DNA of 63,584 nucleotides, counting the filler, from Welwitschia mirabilis (taxonomy: Eukaryota), in NCBI GenBank assembly GCA_051453625.1. It is 5 parts of one record of this genome, joined end to end, with 100 filler letters (N's around TTAATTAATTAA, not from the genome) between each part and the next. Parts side by side here need not be neighbours in the genome. Positions count along the whole stretch, not along the records: positions 47,706 to 59,504 come from JBOZIK010000001.1; positions 59,605 to 63,584 come from JBOZIK010000001.1; 3 more parts are not named here. One strand, given 5' to 3'. Under the pieces are notes generated by a model. It saw nothing but the letters and a program-made list of their open reading frames with translations. It ran no database searches and was not told the DNA's origin. This document shows positions 49,925-63,109 of the stretch, piece after piece. Made by a program: the position numbers and the translations under genes. Numbering within the stretch: the first letter of the stretch is position 1; each line of letters opens with the position of its first letter.

Positions 49925-52900
49925 CTATGTTATCCATGAGTAAAATGGCCATGACTTGAGACATCCTAATTTTTAAGTGGGACATTTAGATAAATCTATA
50001 GAAAAAACTAAATTCAAGGCTAGGACATTCAACCTATTAAGTAGAATGTCTAAAGAAGATCTACATACACTAGAGACCAATTTGGAACATCTTTCCTTTC
50101 TAAGTAGGACATCTAGGATGCATAGGAAAATAATCTATAAGTTTACTCGAAGTCTAGAAAACATTGTGAAATGTCTAAGAAGCAGAGAAAGGTAAATATT
50201 ATAGTAGAAGTTCATTGGGTAAAATGGTAAAATTATTTCCTATTACATTCTTCTACTTCCAGTGGCTATAAGTCTTATCTAAAGGCACATAAATCAAGGC
50301 TAATCATGTCTATTTAGTATCTATCTTATTCTTTAGTATAACTAGTTTGTAATTGATTAGAAAAGTAACTAGAAAAAAGATATACAAGGAGGGATGAAGA
50401 AGTATTAGAAGGATAGAAATTTCATATATTTATCTCTAATCTAAACTAAGGATATTCATATTAGTCTATCACAAGATGATTCTCAGTTTAAAATAGATAC
50501 ACCTTCATTAGAACCTCTATCTAAGTTATCTCTCTGAGCTTCAGAATAGAGTATTGTCTATATACTATTTTCAGTGGATCCTTACCTTGTAAAGTTATTT
50601 AAATCTAAAGGAACTAAGAGGCTAAAGGGTATTTACTAATCCCTCATAATGGAATAGCCTGGTCAGCTAAACCACTATAAAATTACTAGTGGATTCCTTT
50701 TAGTACTTTTAGCTTCTTTATAGTTTATTAGTATTAATGTTTTTATTCATGTTATTAAATTTAGACTCTAATCTAAGTAATTCTATTTTAAGTTCTAGTT
50801 TAATAAAGTGATTTTTAAGATAATCCTGTTTACCTCCCATCCTATAAGATGATCTACAATCCTAACAATTAGTATTAGATCCTAGTTGCTCTACATTAGG
50901 ATTTATTTGCTGATTTTTATGTGTTCTCTTGATGTCATTTTCAAGTTAAGTAGAATAATGATCCATTACAAGCACCCATTATTTTTTTACCTTAACTATG
51001 CCTACTAGAAAACTAAGATGTTAATCTTCATGCTATTGTTAAACTATAATATCTAGAATATGGTAGAGCTAGGGTACACTCTTCTTATCGAAATAATCAA
51101 TTAGTAATGCATTTTAAATTCTAGAAATAAGTAGGATTTAATGAAAAAAGGAAATCCCTTTAAATGCTAAATTTATCAATGCCTTAATATGCGCCTTATC
51201 TCCTAAAGAATATAATTGAGTAGTCTGATGTACAATAGTTCAAGAGATTCAGGAGACCTTAAAGATTGCTCATGAAGGAACCAATGTAATCAAGAATGCT
51301 AAATTTCAGATGTTAACTACTGAATTTGAAAATATTTGAATAGAAGACTTAAAAACTATAGCATAGTACACTTCTAAAATAAATGTCATTGTGAACAACA
51401 TGCAGGGATTGGGAGAAGTACCATAGAATGGAGTTATCAGAAAAATTCTCAAAAGTCTCATAAAAAAATTTAGGGCCAAAGTTACTACCATATAAAAAAG
51501 TAAATATATTTACAAAATTTGAATTAAAGAACTTAAAGGATCTCTGATGAATTATGAGGCTTTCTTCCAAATAGAAAATGAGCCTTTCAAAAAAAGGAAA
51601 AAAGCATAGCATTGAAAGTTTTTTCCAAGGATGAAGAACTAAATTATTTTAGTGAAGATATGGAGGATGATAACTTGGCTCTATCAGCCAAAAACTTTAA
51701 AAGAATTTCTAGAAGAAAAGAAGGAAGATCTTTAAGTCAATATTCTAAATGAGGTATGTGCAAAAGTAAGAAATCCTCTAGTTTTATTTAATTTTATGAA
51801 TGCAAGGGATATGGTCACACTACATCTATATATACTAACACAAGAAAAGAAAAGTCATATAAGAAGAAAGAAAAGAAGGTTCTACAAGAAACTTGAGATG
51901 AGGAAAATATTTGGAACATAATCAAGTGATAAGAAATAACCTCTAAACTTCGGTTTACTCTAAATTACTAAGGAGGCTTGTGAGTTACTAGAGTTTAAAT
52001 ACATTGCTAATGAAGAATAGGACGATGAACTTGAAGATGAGACCTTAGTTAGAACTTATAAATGAATTTATACTATAAGTATTAAACTTAAAAGAAAAAA
52101 CTTTTTCTAGAGAAATAAGTAGCTAAGCTAGAGAATAGATTAAAAGATATATAAAAAAGAATCATGATCCTTTTCAAAAAATTAGATCAAATCAATAGAA
52201 AATTTTAACATCTTACCAATGAAAAAGATAATCTTAATAGATTAATGGTAATTGGTAGGAGGCCAAATAACAAATGTGGAGTTGGAACATCTTCTAGTAT
52301 ATCCCATACACTTAATTTTGTTAACTCAATATTAAAATATCACTTTAGTAATAGTGATCATACTAAATGCTTTTATTTATAAGAGTGTGATCATATTTAT
52401 TTTTTATCTAGATAAAAAAATCCTTCTACTTTGGTTATAAGTATAATTTTAGATTTGAAAATGACAATTTAGATGTTTCTAAAATAAGGAAGAACAATTG
52501 GTAATGGCTTATAAAAGATTCTCTAAAAAATTTATTTTCTCATGCCATATTTAATACTTAAGAGAGCAGTAAATGATGTCTAGATAGTGGTTGTTATTGC
52601 CACATGACTAGAGGCAAAAACTTATTTGTATTATTCCAAGATTATAATGGTGGAGAAGTGACTTTTGATGATAATAGCAAAGGACATATTATTGGTCAGG
52701 GATCCATCACTACCAATGAACAATATCATATAATCTATAATGTCCATCTTGTAAATGTCTCAAATATAACCTTTTGAGTATTTCACAAATTTGTGATAGA
52801 GGTAATGTACTTTCCTTTTGATAAATATAAATGTGTAATTAAAAATTCCTCTACTAATAATATTATTCTAATAAGAAACAGGTCTAAGATCATGTATGTA

Positions 52901-55900
52901 ATTAGTAATAATAACAAGGATGATGAGGGATGTTTTATAGTGTAAGAAAATGAGGTGGACCTTTGGCATAGAATACTAAGCTGCATAAACTTAAAAGATC
53001 TTTGGACTATCTCCTATAATGAGATTGTTCATGATATTCCAAAGACAAATGTTCAACATGCTAAAATATGTGATTATTACTTAAAAGGTAAAATCACAAG
53101 GTTAAGCTTTAAATCTAAGAGGAATATAAAGTCAAATAAACCATTCAAACTTATTCATATGGATTTGGTTAGTCTAGCTTAAACTAAAAGCATAGTAGAT
53201 AAGATATACTTCCTTATAATAGTAGATGATTTTCTTATTTTTCTTGGATCTCATTTAACTGTTTGTTAAAGTGTGCAAGAGAGTTTAAAATGGAAAATGA
53301 TATACCATAAAATGTATACAGTTTGATCATGGTGGTGAGTTTGAAAATGAGAAATTCAAAGACTTTTGTGATAGCAATGGAATTCATCATTAGCTTTTGG
53401 CTTCTAGATCTTCTCAATAAAATGATATAGCTAAGCATAAAAATATGGTTTTAATTAAAATGGAAAGTACAATATTAAATTAGTATTCACTTTAACACCT
53501 TTAGGTTAAAGTAATCAATACAATATGCTATGTAAATAACAGAGTTTTTCTAACATGTGGACTAAAAAAATGGTATATGAGCTATGGTACTGTAAGAATC
53601 CCAACATAAGTTATTTCAACGTTTTTGGAAGTAAATCTTTTTTATTTTTGATGATAAAGGTCATATAAGTAAATTTGAATATAAATATAAAAATGGTATA
53701 TTTCTTGATTTTTCAACTAGTAAGGAATATAGGGTTATAATAAATCTTTTTATAAAGTTGAGAAATTAGCTTATATAAGGATTGAGGAATCTAATATAGT
53801 TAATGTAAGGTCAAAAAAAGACTGATAAGGGGATTTGTATTTCCTTCAACTCTCAAAATAATAATGAAGCTTAAGCCTCCACCTCAAGTGAGAACCATGA
53901 GAAAAAGGCCTCTCACTAATATTCTTATCTTCCCTTATTAATCAAAAAAGATTATTAAGAAGACAATATCTTGAGTAATCCTACCATGAAAACAATGACT
54001 AGAAGTAATAGGTACGTTAGTCATAGCTTTTTTCATTTTTTATTTGATATGAAATCAAAAAGTTTTTAAGAAGAAAAACACAATGAGGTAAGGATGTTAG
54101 CCATATAAAAGGAGTTAAACCAATTTGAAATGAAAAAAGTATGGAATCTAGTTTCTACTCTAGTAGATAAAAATATTGTTGGAACAAAATGAACATTTAA
54201 AAGTAACAGAAATGAGAATCATCACATAGTATAGAACAAGGCATGTCTTGTAGCATAAAGATATTATCAATAAGAAGGAATCAACTATGGTTAAACATTT
54301 ACTCTAGTTGTTAGGGTAGAAGCTATTTACATGTTACTCACGCTTGCTTGTTTTCACAACATTAAGTTGTTTCAATGGATGTAAAAAGTTATTTTTTAAA
54401 TGGATACATAAATAAAAAATTATACATGGCCTAATCACTAGGATTTATAGGTCTAAAGTTTCCTAACCATGCTTACAAATTGAATAAATTCCTTTATGGT
54501 CTAAATAAGTTTATAGAGCTTGGTTCAATAAAGTAAATTATTTTTTTTTTTAAATTCAAATGGATTTTTTAAAGGGAGTACAAATCCTACCCTATTTATT
54601 AAACACAAAGAAAAAGACATACTGATAGTTCAAATACACAACGATGACATTGTATTTAGAGCCACAAAGTTGTCTATGACAAATGAATTCTCAAAAATAA
54701 TGCAAGAAGAATTTGAGATGAGATTAGTACATGAACTAAATTTCTTCCTTATACTTCAAATTAAGCAAATAAAAGAAGGAATATTCATTAGCCAATCTAA
54801 GTTTGTTAGATAAGTTATAAACAAGTATGAAATGATGGATGCTAAAGATTCAAAGATGCCACTCTTTACTAATACAGAAACTTCAAAAAGTTACCTCTTG
54901 CAAAAAGGTTGATAAAAAGGAATGATTCCTAGCTTATTATACCTGATATCCAGCAGAATTAACATTACACATAGTATTTTAATTTGCATAAGATATTAAT
55001 CTCAACCTCGCAAGACACATTTAATTTGTATTAAATGGATCACATAATATCTAGAAAATACCTCTAACTAGATATTATGATATTCTTATGATTCTGCTCT
55101 TAATCTTATTAAGCATAGTGATGTAGATTAGGTAGGTTATGTTGATGATAGCAAAAGCAAAAATGAAGCTTACTTTTTACTTGGAAATTGTTTGGTGTCT
55201 TAGCTAAGAAGGAAGTAGAATACCATCTTCTTGTCTATTGTGAATGTTGAATATTTTGCTACAGGATCTTGTTGTGTCCAACTTATATGGATGAAAAAAA
55301 TGTTACTTGACTTTGGACTAAAGGTTAGTAAAATCAAAATATTTTTTAATAACACTAGTGTAATCAAAATAATAAAGAATCTAGTGTAGCATTCTAGCAC
55401 TAGACACATAGACATAAAACACCACTTCATTTACAATCAAGTATAAAATCAAATAATTGATGTAGAATATGTTATCACTAATGATCAAATTATAGATATT
55501 ATGAAGGATCTGAATAAGGAAATTTTTTTATTTCTGCATATGAATTTAGGGATAGGAGCATGTCCCCATAAGGTATGATCTACTTCTCAAAGAAAATTAA
55601 ATAAATATTAAAAAATTATAAATTAAAAAAAGAAATAAAGGGAAGGGGTTTTATAAACCTTAGACGTTAATTTTGTAAATGGGTTTATTAGCCGAGTTCT
55701 ATGATTGATAAATTGTCAATATACTCATATTTTCTCTTATCTTTCTTATTTAGTGAATGGTGTAACATCTCATTCCTATTTTTAGAAATCTTAGACTGTT
55801 TCTTTCCTATTAATTAATGTTCTAACTGGGCATCTCTACTTTCTCTTTTGAATGTCCTAGAGTCAAATGTCCCTACTTCTTTTCTCAGACATTCTTACAT

Positions 55901-58846
55901 CTTATTGATCAAATGTTCCTTTTCCCCCCCTCAAGCATCCCTATTTTACCCTTTTCTATAATCATGTTATTGGTTAAATGTTTCCCTTGTTTTTACTAGA
56001 TGTTTGATTCTTATTATGAATGCACAGATCATCTCACTATACACTTTGTAAAAAGGGACTTCTTTTCCAGTTTGTATATTTTATTCTTTCCTATGGTGCT
56101 ACATTTTCCTCCTATTTGTTTCTATCTCTACTATTTTTCTCTTGATCTTTTCAACACTTCTTAGACTTGTTTCCTTTAAGATGGTACTAAAGATATCTTC
56201 TCAAAGAAGAGATAAAGAGATAGCTTCATATTCCTATGAAGTCAACTAGTTCCTTTTAGAAGAGCATAAAAGATATTAGTAGATATCCTTCTCAAAGCTA
56301 TTAATAGCTCTTGAAAGAAAGATTGACTTTGGGTCCTTCAACCATGAGGTGTAAATATTTCATAAGTTTTAAGATCTCGATTGGATATATGCCCTAGAAC
56401 TAGAAACTAATATATCTAGAAAAATAGTACATCTCTTCTATTATAATGATTTATTTTAAGTTTTTAACTATTGTCTAAAATCTAGGATGTATGAAATAGA
56501 TATTAAAATCATCTTAGATGATACTTTTGATCTTACTTGATTTTCAAAAAAAAGTTCTTACTCCACCATCAACTAGATAACTACATTAGAATAGATGGTG
56601 CTAAAAAATATACTAATAATCGACTTATGTGGAAAAACTTTTAATTGGAGATTTAATATTTCCACAAGTAAACTCAAGCCGTGTTTCCATTTTATATTTT
56701 ATATTTTTACTCATAACCTGACTCCAAAACTAGGATACAAAGGTGAAGTTTCTCTAATTTGTGCCTACATCATGTATTATTTGGTGTTGGCATTCAAATT
56801 AGTCTAAGTTAATATATTATGTATTACATTGAACTTTTTTTATGTCCTCTAATGCTAATCTCCCTTTTGGCAATGGGGTCACTGAAATTTTAAGGGATAA
56901 AGGAATTTAGTTATAATCAAAGGATGAATTAGTAAAAATTTTCAATCCTTTAAAAATTTCATCTCTTAAGAATATGAATATATTTTCTGATGATAAACAA
57001 CCTTCCCCATCTCCTGCTCTAGCCAAATGAGGACATAAAGTAGTAGGCTCTAGTAGTTAAGATACTTTTGTACTGTGATGCACTATCAAATTATATGTAT
57101 TTGATGGGGTATTATGAGTTATTTTGTAGGACATTTATATAGGTTTAAACACAATTTTGAGGAATTATGGAGAGTTTATGGATGATTACAAAAAGGTGTA
57201 ATTATTAGCATGTTTAGAGACATTTAAAGCACATTCTGATGCACATTGATTTGGAGGAAGATTTCTAATAAGAAAGGCCAACTTCTCTTGAGTTGGAAGA
57301 ACAAAGAAGACTGTCGTTCCATGGCTAGCAGGACAAGAGCACTATACAAGTTACATAAGAATGCTGACATGGACTAGAGTCAGTACTATTGAAGTCACAT
57401 TTTCTAAAGGGTGTTTTCCTCATGGTTATCCTCATGACATGTAAAATAACAAATGTAACATTTGTGCCATTATCCTCTTGGTTATCCCCAAGACAGGCAG
57501 GATGACACCTGTAATTGCTAGTTAATCTTTATTCATTTCATCTATTTCTTTCTTGAAATTGAGCATGTTTTGTAGCTAATTTGGTGTGAAGTTCTCATCT
57601 TATTAGCCTTATGAATAAGTCCCCTCTTTTACTCTCCTATCCATATTTGATGCACTGGACATTCTTGTAACAAGAGAATAAATGATAGGAGATTCATCTT
57701 GTGAGTTGTAAAATGAAGTTTCCCTAGTAAATAACTATGCATCCTCAATTGAGGCTTAACTATTTTATAACCCAGATGCTGGTTTAATTTTTAATATATA
57801 AATCTATTTATTTGTTATGCATTTATATTATTAATTTCCCTATGTTTTGTATTACTATTGATTTGACAATAGTCTCTTTAACAATAGGTCTTAAGGGTAA
57901 CCTTCGTTAAGGTTAATGAAAGTAGATTAAGATCATTTTACATTGCACTTTATTTGATTACTTGATATCTTAAGTTAGTATTAGATCACCTTCAAGTTTG
58001 TTTATTACACCTACATGTGTTTGTACTTATTAAACTTACATATGCAATTAATCAAAGGATGATGCAAATTGTAAGATCCTTCAAATTAGAAGCCAAGATA
58101 GTTTTATAGAATAGGAATGTTTTGTGTTGTATTATATTATAGCACATCCATGGGAATAAACCTTAAGAAGGTGTTGAATTTATTTGGTACATATGATCTA
58201 ATTCTTGCACACACCTAATGTTTGAAAGAAGTCCAAATTTAGGGGGAGTAGAGTGAGGAAGTTCTAAACTTCTAGTTTATTATCTTTCATATTAGTTATA
58301 ATTATTGAAAAAGGGGAGATTGTTGAATTACATGAAGAATTTTTTGAATGATGATAATTAAGAAGAGGTCTACATCTAGCTCCAATACTTATATATAAAA
58401 GTTAAGAATCCTATGTTAAACCTCTAAATTTGATTATTTGAATTATCTCTGAAAGCATCTTACATAATCTAGCTTGTGAAGTGTCCTAAGTCTTTTTGTA
58501 AAAAATCTAATTGTCTTATCCCTAAGAAAAAATATGGAGCATTGCATGGAACATCTTGAGTTTCAAGTATGACATTAGAGTAAATTTGCAGAAAATTAGA
58601 TTTAAGGCTAGGACATCTAGCCTACTAAGCCGGACATTTACTCTGTTGAGTAAGACATCAAAAGAAGATCTATAGATACTAGAGATCAAATTGGGACATT
58701 TTTCCTTTCTAAGTAGGATGTTCATGATGCATAGGAAAATAATCTATAATTTTACCAAGATAACAAGGAAAATTTATGGGATGTCTGCAAAGTGGAGTAA
58801 GTTAAACATTGGAGTAAAAATATATTAGATAAAATAGTAAAATTAT
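49925..58846 (+). mobile_element. Near full-length but heavily decayed Sirevirus-like Ty1/copia (LTR-PBS-gag-pol-env-like-PPT-LTR)
   Basis: 5' LTR ends CCTAACA at 50867, then decayed PBS TAGTATTAGATC. gag LKIAHEGTNVIKNAKFQML, knuckle YECKGYGH, protease LDSGCYCHMT, LWHRILSCIN, integrase DHGGEFEN, RT YNDDIVF, RNase H RHIDIKHHFI. env-like region 56180-57060. PPT AAAAAGGGGAGAT, 3' LTR from 58321; 58510-58846 is collinear with 49925-50236. Confidence 0.9.
57076..57890 (+). mobile_element. Probable gypsy (Athila-like) LTR fragment within the Sirevirus 3' region
   Basis: Starts TGATGCAC right after the env-like ORF end, in Athila-LTR-like style. Right end not resolved. Confidence 0.35.
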
Positions 58847-59504
58847 TGTTTAGTTTTATTGGTAAATTGATGTCAAATTAACGTACTTAATATAGGTTAA
58901 TATGATGTAAATATTTTAGGTAAATAAAGCTTTTGCACATCAAAAGTAAATCAATTTTTTTCTTAAATTTTACTTGACCTAGAAAACTAACAATATTAAT
59001 AAGAATCAACTAGATCTTAGTGGGGTCAACCAGATTTAGACCTAATATCGTCTATTAAATTCTATAAGGGATTGACTAGATCTCATAAGGGATTGACTAG
59101 ACCTAGATCAAATGCAGTTAACTGGACTCTGGATGGGGTCAACTAAACCCTGTGTGTAACACCCCAACTTTAATTATCCTAATTAACCATAATATTTTTT
59201 TAAAGTATTAAAAACTATCATACACAATGGAACCTAGAATCAAATCCTATTTCGACTCTATTAACACATTATAAGATTTAAAATAATTAGAAAACACAAT
59301 TATTACTTAACCATAGATTGCATATAATAATGATGTCAAGTTTGTATTCTATATTTATTTCTAACATTGTTTTCGCCACACAAAATAACTTGTATAATGT
59401 TGAAGGGATGTTAGCTTGTTTTATCATATACAATGGATAAGTTTTAGGATAGTGCCTAACCAATATAATAGGAGGTTGCATCTCCTATTAATGGCATTCC
59501 AACT
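58847..59504 (+). mobile_element. Stacked LTR starts: second-family Sirevirus LTR (58847-59154) interrupted by a TGTAACACCCC gypsy-type LTR (from 59155)
   Basis: 58847 onward matches 47828 onward (TTTTATT..ATGTCAAA, GGGTCAAC motifs). TGTAACACCCC is a common Tekay/Del LTR terminus. Runs into a gap. Confidence 0.6.
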
Positions 59505-59624
59505 NNNNNNNNNNNNNNNNNNNNNNNNNNNNNNNNNNNNNNNNNNNNTTAATTAATTAANNNNNNNNNNNNNNNNNNNNNNNNNNNNNNNNNNNNNNNN
59601 NNNNCGCAATACCCGTATGTTTTC

Positions 59625-60438
59625 CTCAAATGTTCCCCTTAGCTCGTCCAACGACATGAACGACCCGTTCATCTCGTCTAGGTGTGCTTGCAATGAGGCA
59701 CCTTCTTTCATCTGCATTTTGAAGACCTTGTTGACGGTATAAAATTGGTTCATTCTAGTAGGCTGATCATACCTCTGCATTAGAATCTGCCACAGTTTGG
59801 CTATTGTAGGAATCATGCTATGAAATTGAAGAATTTTGTTGCTAAGGCACGACCAAATCAATGAANNNNNNNNNNNNNNNNNNNNNNNNNNNNNNNNNNN
59901 NNNNNNNNNNNNNNNNNNNNNNNNNNNNNNNNNNNNNNNNNNNNNNNNNNNNNNNNNNNNNNNNNTGCTATGAAATTGAAGAATTTTGTTGCTAAGGCAC
60001 GACCAAATCAATGAAGCGACCTTCTGTGAAGTTTCTTTCATTCTTCGTCAGGGTACTTTTTAAGCCATTCTGCATTAGAGAGTCTAGATGTCGCCTTTGC
60101 ATCTGTTTCTATTCTTAGGATAATGTCACATTCCTTTTGGCTTCAAGCCAACAACAGGCTTCAGGCAAGGATGCCTCACAAGATTCTATGAACTCACTCT
60201 ATGTTCAAACAACCCCGACGCCACCATTAAATAGGCCAAAGGTTTCAGCCAATTAGGGCTACAAGCCAAAACCTTAAAGAGGGTATGATCCCTCTCTTAA
60301 CACGTCCCTTATCTACCTAACACTCCCAAGGACGGTTTTAAAATAGAAACCTTCTTTTACAATATTAAAGTGGGGCCAACATAAAAGCATAACGATAGGG
60401 ACGTTACAAAGGAATGAATTTGGCTTCACACATCAACA
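59625..60438 (-). mobile_element. Tork-like Ty1/copia 5' end: partial 5' LTR and gag
   Basis: 60139-60438 is collinear with 46526-46827. gag ASLIWSCL..KLWQILMQRY..FKMQMKEGASLQAHLDEMN. PBS and LTR U5 are deleted. Confidence 0.85.
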
Positions 60439-61809
60439 ATTAATTGATTCTATGACCAATGAGTCTTTCTCTAGAACTCTGCTCACTCCACTCTGACACA
60501 GTGATTTTCTACTTTGTCTCTTTAATCATCCCCTATTCATACCTTTGAGAGCCTTTCAAACCATACTACCAAAGCTTGTAATTTTCAAAGCATGCAATAA
60601 AATAAATGTTGCACATCCACCTCTACATCTAATTAATTCCTCTAGAAATCAATCCTTCTAGGAGATTTGGAGGATAATTGGTTTCACCTTTGCAATGCAA
60701 CCCTAACATCATTTAAATTCTCGGTAATGCACAAAAAGAAGAGAGAACTGATAATAGACAAGAGTTACAATTTATAACAGTAAACTTCCCTAGAATTTCA
60801 CATGAAGTCTCCTAGCCTTCTAATAGAGTCCTAGTCTATCCTTTTCAAATTCATTGTAGGATTCTAGTCTATCCTTATTGTACATCCTGGCATTATTTAT
60901 CTGTTATGTATTTCAAGCATCAAAGTCAGTTACTAATGGGAAGTCAATTATGAATATGGACAAGAACAATAATCTTTCTTACAACAAAAACTTTAAAAAA
61001 CTCATGCAAAAAGTAGCATAATAATTACATTCCATATAGTGTTTCTATGTGTTCTACACATATATCACAAAATAGAAAATTCCATCATGTGTAATCCATA
61101 ATTGATTATGTAAATCAGTTACAAAATTTAGGGTATGACAAAAGCAAGGGAACTAGATGAGGATAGATATCGGTAAAAGGCTCTACTAAATGAAGCTAGT
61201 CCCATTATTCAAAACCATAAAACAAAGGAGTCTCTTTCTGGAAAAATCTTCATTTACGTTTCCAATAGATGAAAGCATCTTCTTATGATAGCAAGCTTTC
61301 CATAACTGTTCCATTCAATCTAAGCAAGCAATCTGATTGAAGATGATGTCAATTCCTTTCTCTTTCTTCTGTTAACAGGAATCTTCTATCAAGTCATGAT
61401 GTCCAGCCGGAAAAAAATCATTTCAATAAAACATGAGGGACAGAGAAAAAATTCACTAGAAAAGTGTTAGAACAGAATCACGTGGACCACAATGACAAAG
61501 AATCAGGAAAGGCAGTGTACCCTTGGCAGTTTATGGTGAAAATTAAGGTTAAAAAAACACTACTTCAGGTGCCTAGTTGTGAGGGCACTCACATGCCACC
61601 CTCCTACATGTCGTTGCCTGCCTACAAACAGTCATTAGGCTGCATTTGCCTGGTCAGATTCAGTGTAAAAGGTACTGTCAAAATAGTAGTCCAACAAGGA
61701 GGGATCACAATGGGAAATGAAGTTCACAAGGTGGTGAAAATAAGAGCGTGGGTAATGATAAGGTAAAAACAAGTACAGGACTTATGGAGATACAACTAAT
61801 ATGGATTTG

Positions 61810-62100
61810 CATGGCGTATACTGTGGTTGGTTCAGCCCATCTTTATAAGTTTTAAGCTTCAATGTCTTGGGTTTGAATCTCATGGGTTGTATGACATGGT
61901 TTCTAACCATGTCTTCAATGCACACTTGGTTGTGGGCTTCAATGTCTTGGGTATAAATCACAAGTGAGACTTAGACATTTGGTGGCTAGCTCTCAAGTTG
62001 GCAGGGGCAACTTATGGGGCTTCATCTAGCCAAGCAAGCCAGTGACCTTGGCTAGTCTGGTATGCCTTCAAAGAGAGAAAAAGAAAAAGAAAAGGGAAAG
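61810..62100 (+). mobile_element. tRNA-derived SINE, copy 2
   Basis: Collinear with the reverse complement of 10763-11070 (TTTATAAGTT..GCTTCAA..GGGTTTGAATC..ACAAGTGA..GCCAAGCAA..CAGTGACCT), followed by an AAAAAG-rich tail. Confidence 0.75.
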
Positions 62101-62169
62101 AACTGTACTGTGTATTGTTGTCTTGTACTTGCAAAGCTGATAAAATTGAGACCATGCTAGAGTTGGATA

Positions 62170-62495
62170 GTTGTCTATGTCCCAGATTTGTTGTAAGGTC
62201 CACAAATCTTTCTTCTAGTAAATCTCTGGTGAATAGATCTGCTAATTATCTTTCAGTTGAGACATATTCTAGTGCAATCACATTTTCTCAACTTGCTGAC
62301 AAGTGAAGTGGTGTGTTATGTTAGTGTGCTTGTTCTTGGATTGCTGAACAAGGTTCTTAGCTATGTTGATGGCATTATTATCACAGCAGATCACCGTTTG
62401 ACTTGTTTTGACACTGTACTCTTGCAAAATTTGCTTCTTGCAGGGCAACAGACATTAGCAGCTATACATTCTGCCTTAGCTGTGGATAATGATTT
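62170..62495 (-). mobile_element. Ty1/copia RNase H fragment
   Basis: Minus-strand motifs LSTAKAECIA, CDNNAINIAKNLVQ, HHF..ALEYVSTE..ADLFTR..EERFVDL. Confidence 0.75.
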
Positions 62496-62950
62496 CTTTT
62501 GACACAATACATTTTCTTCCCCCTTTTTCTGTTTCTTTGTTTCATGGTTGACATTGGAACTAAAACTTCCACTAAATGGATGTAATACTTTTACTAAAAA
62601 CAGTATACTTCTAGCTTCATTTACTTAGTTATTCTGATGCAAAATGCTCCTGCCTAGTTCTCTGTTAATGTTTGTGTATTCTTGTTGTTTCGTATTGTAT
62701 TTTTAATGTGATTTACACACATCCTCGTGTCCATGTTTCATTCATGCAAATAAAATCATAGATGTGCAGTTAGTGTTCTAAGATTTCGATTTCATTTTCA
62801 AAATTTCTATACGTACATTAAAATGGTTGGTTATTTATGACTGTTACGATGATAGTTAGGGGAAATTTATTTTTACTGTGATAATTTGATGTTTTTATTA
62901 TGACAGAGTAAGTGAAGATTTTTGACATAGCATCTTACATCTTTCTGTAG

Positions 62951-63109
62951 GTTCCTCGTGCATCAGCCAGTGCTGTAGCATTTGGCATGGGACTTTTTTC
63001 AAACAAAGGAACTCTAGGTGAAGGAAGGCAACGTGCATTTTCTGTTAGTAGTGATAGTCGAGCTTATGATTTTCATTTGCGGTTTCATGATACCTGTCAA
63101 ACATACAAG
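62951..63109 (+). CDS. MINPP1: Multiple inositol polyphosphate phosphatase (histidine acid phosphatase family), internal exon
   Basis: CTGTAG|GTTCCT...TACAAG|GTATTT. 159 bp, phase 0, encodes VPRASASAVAFGMGLFSNKGTLGEGRQRAFSVSSDSRAYDFHLRFHDTCQTYK, matching the conserved plant MINPP segment. The tracked ORF 62987-63328 reads on into the intron. Confidence 0.88.

Noticed and set aside
59816..60015. 50-bp exact repeat in gag on both sides of the 59866-59965 gap
   Set aside because: Exact overlap at a 100-N gap; assembly artefact.
61464..61766. 100-aa ORF upstream of the MINPP exon
   Set aside because: No MINPP or other recognisable motif and no convincing splice sites.
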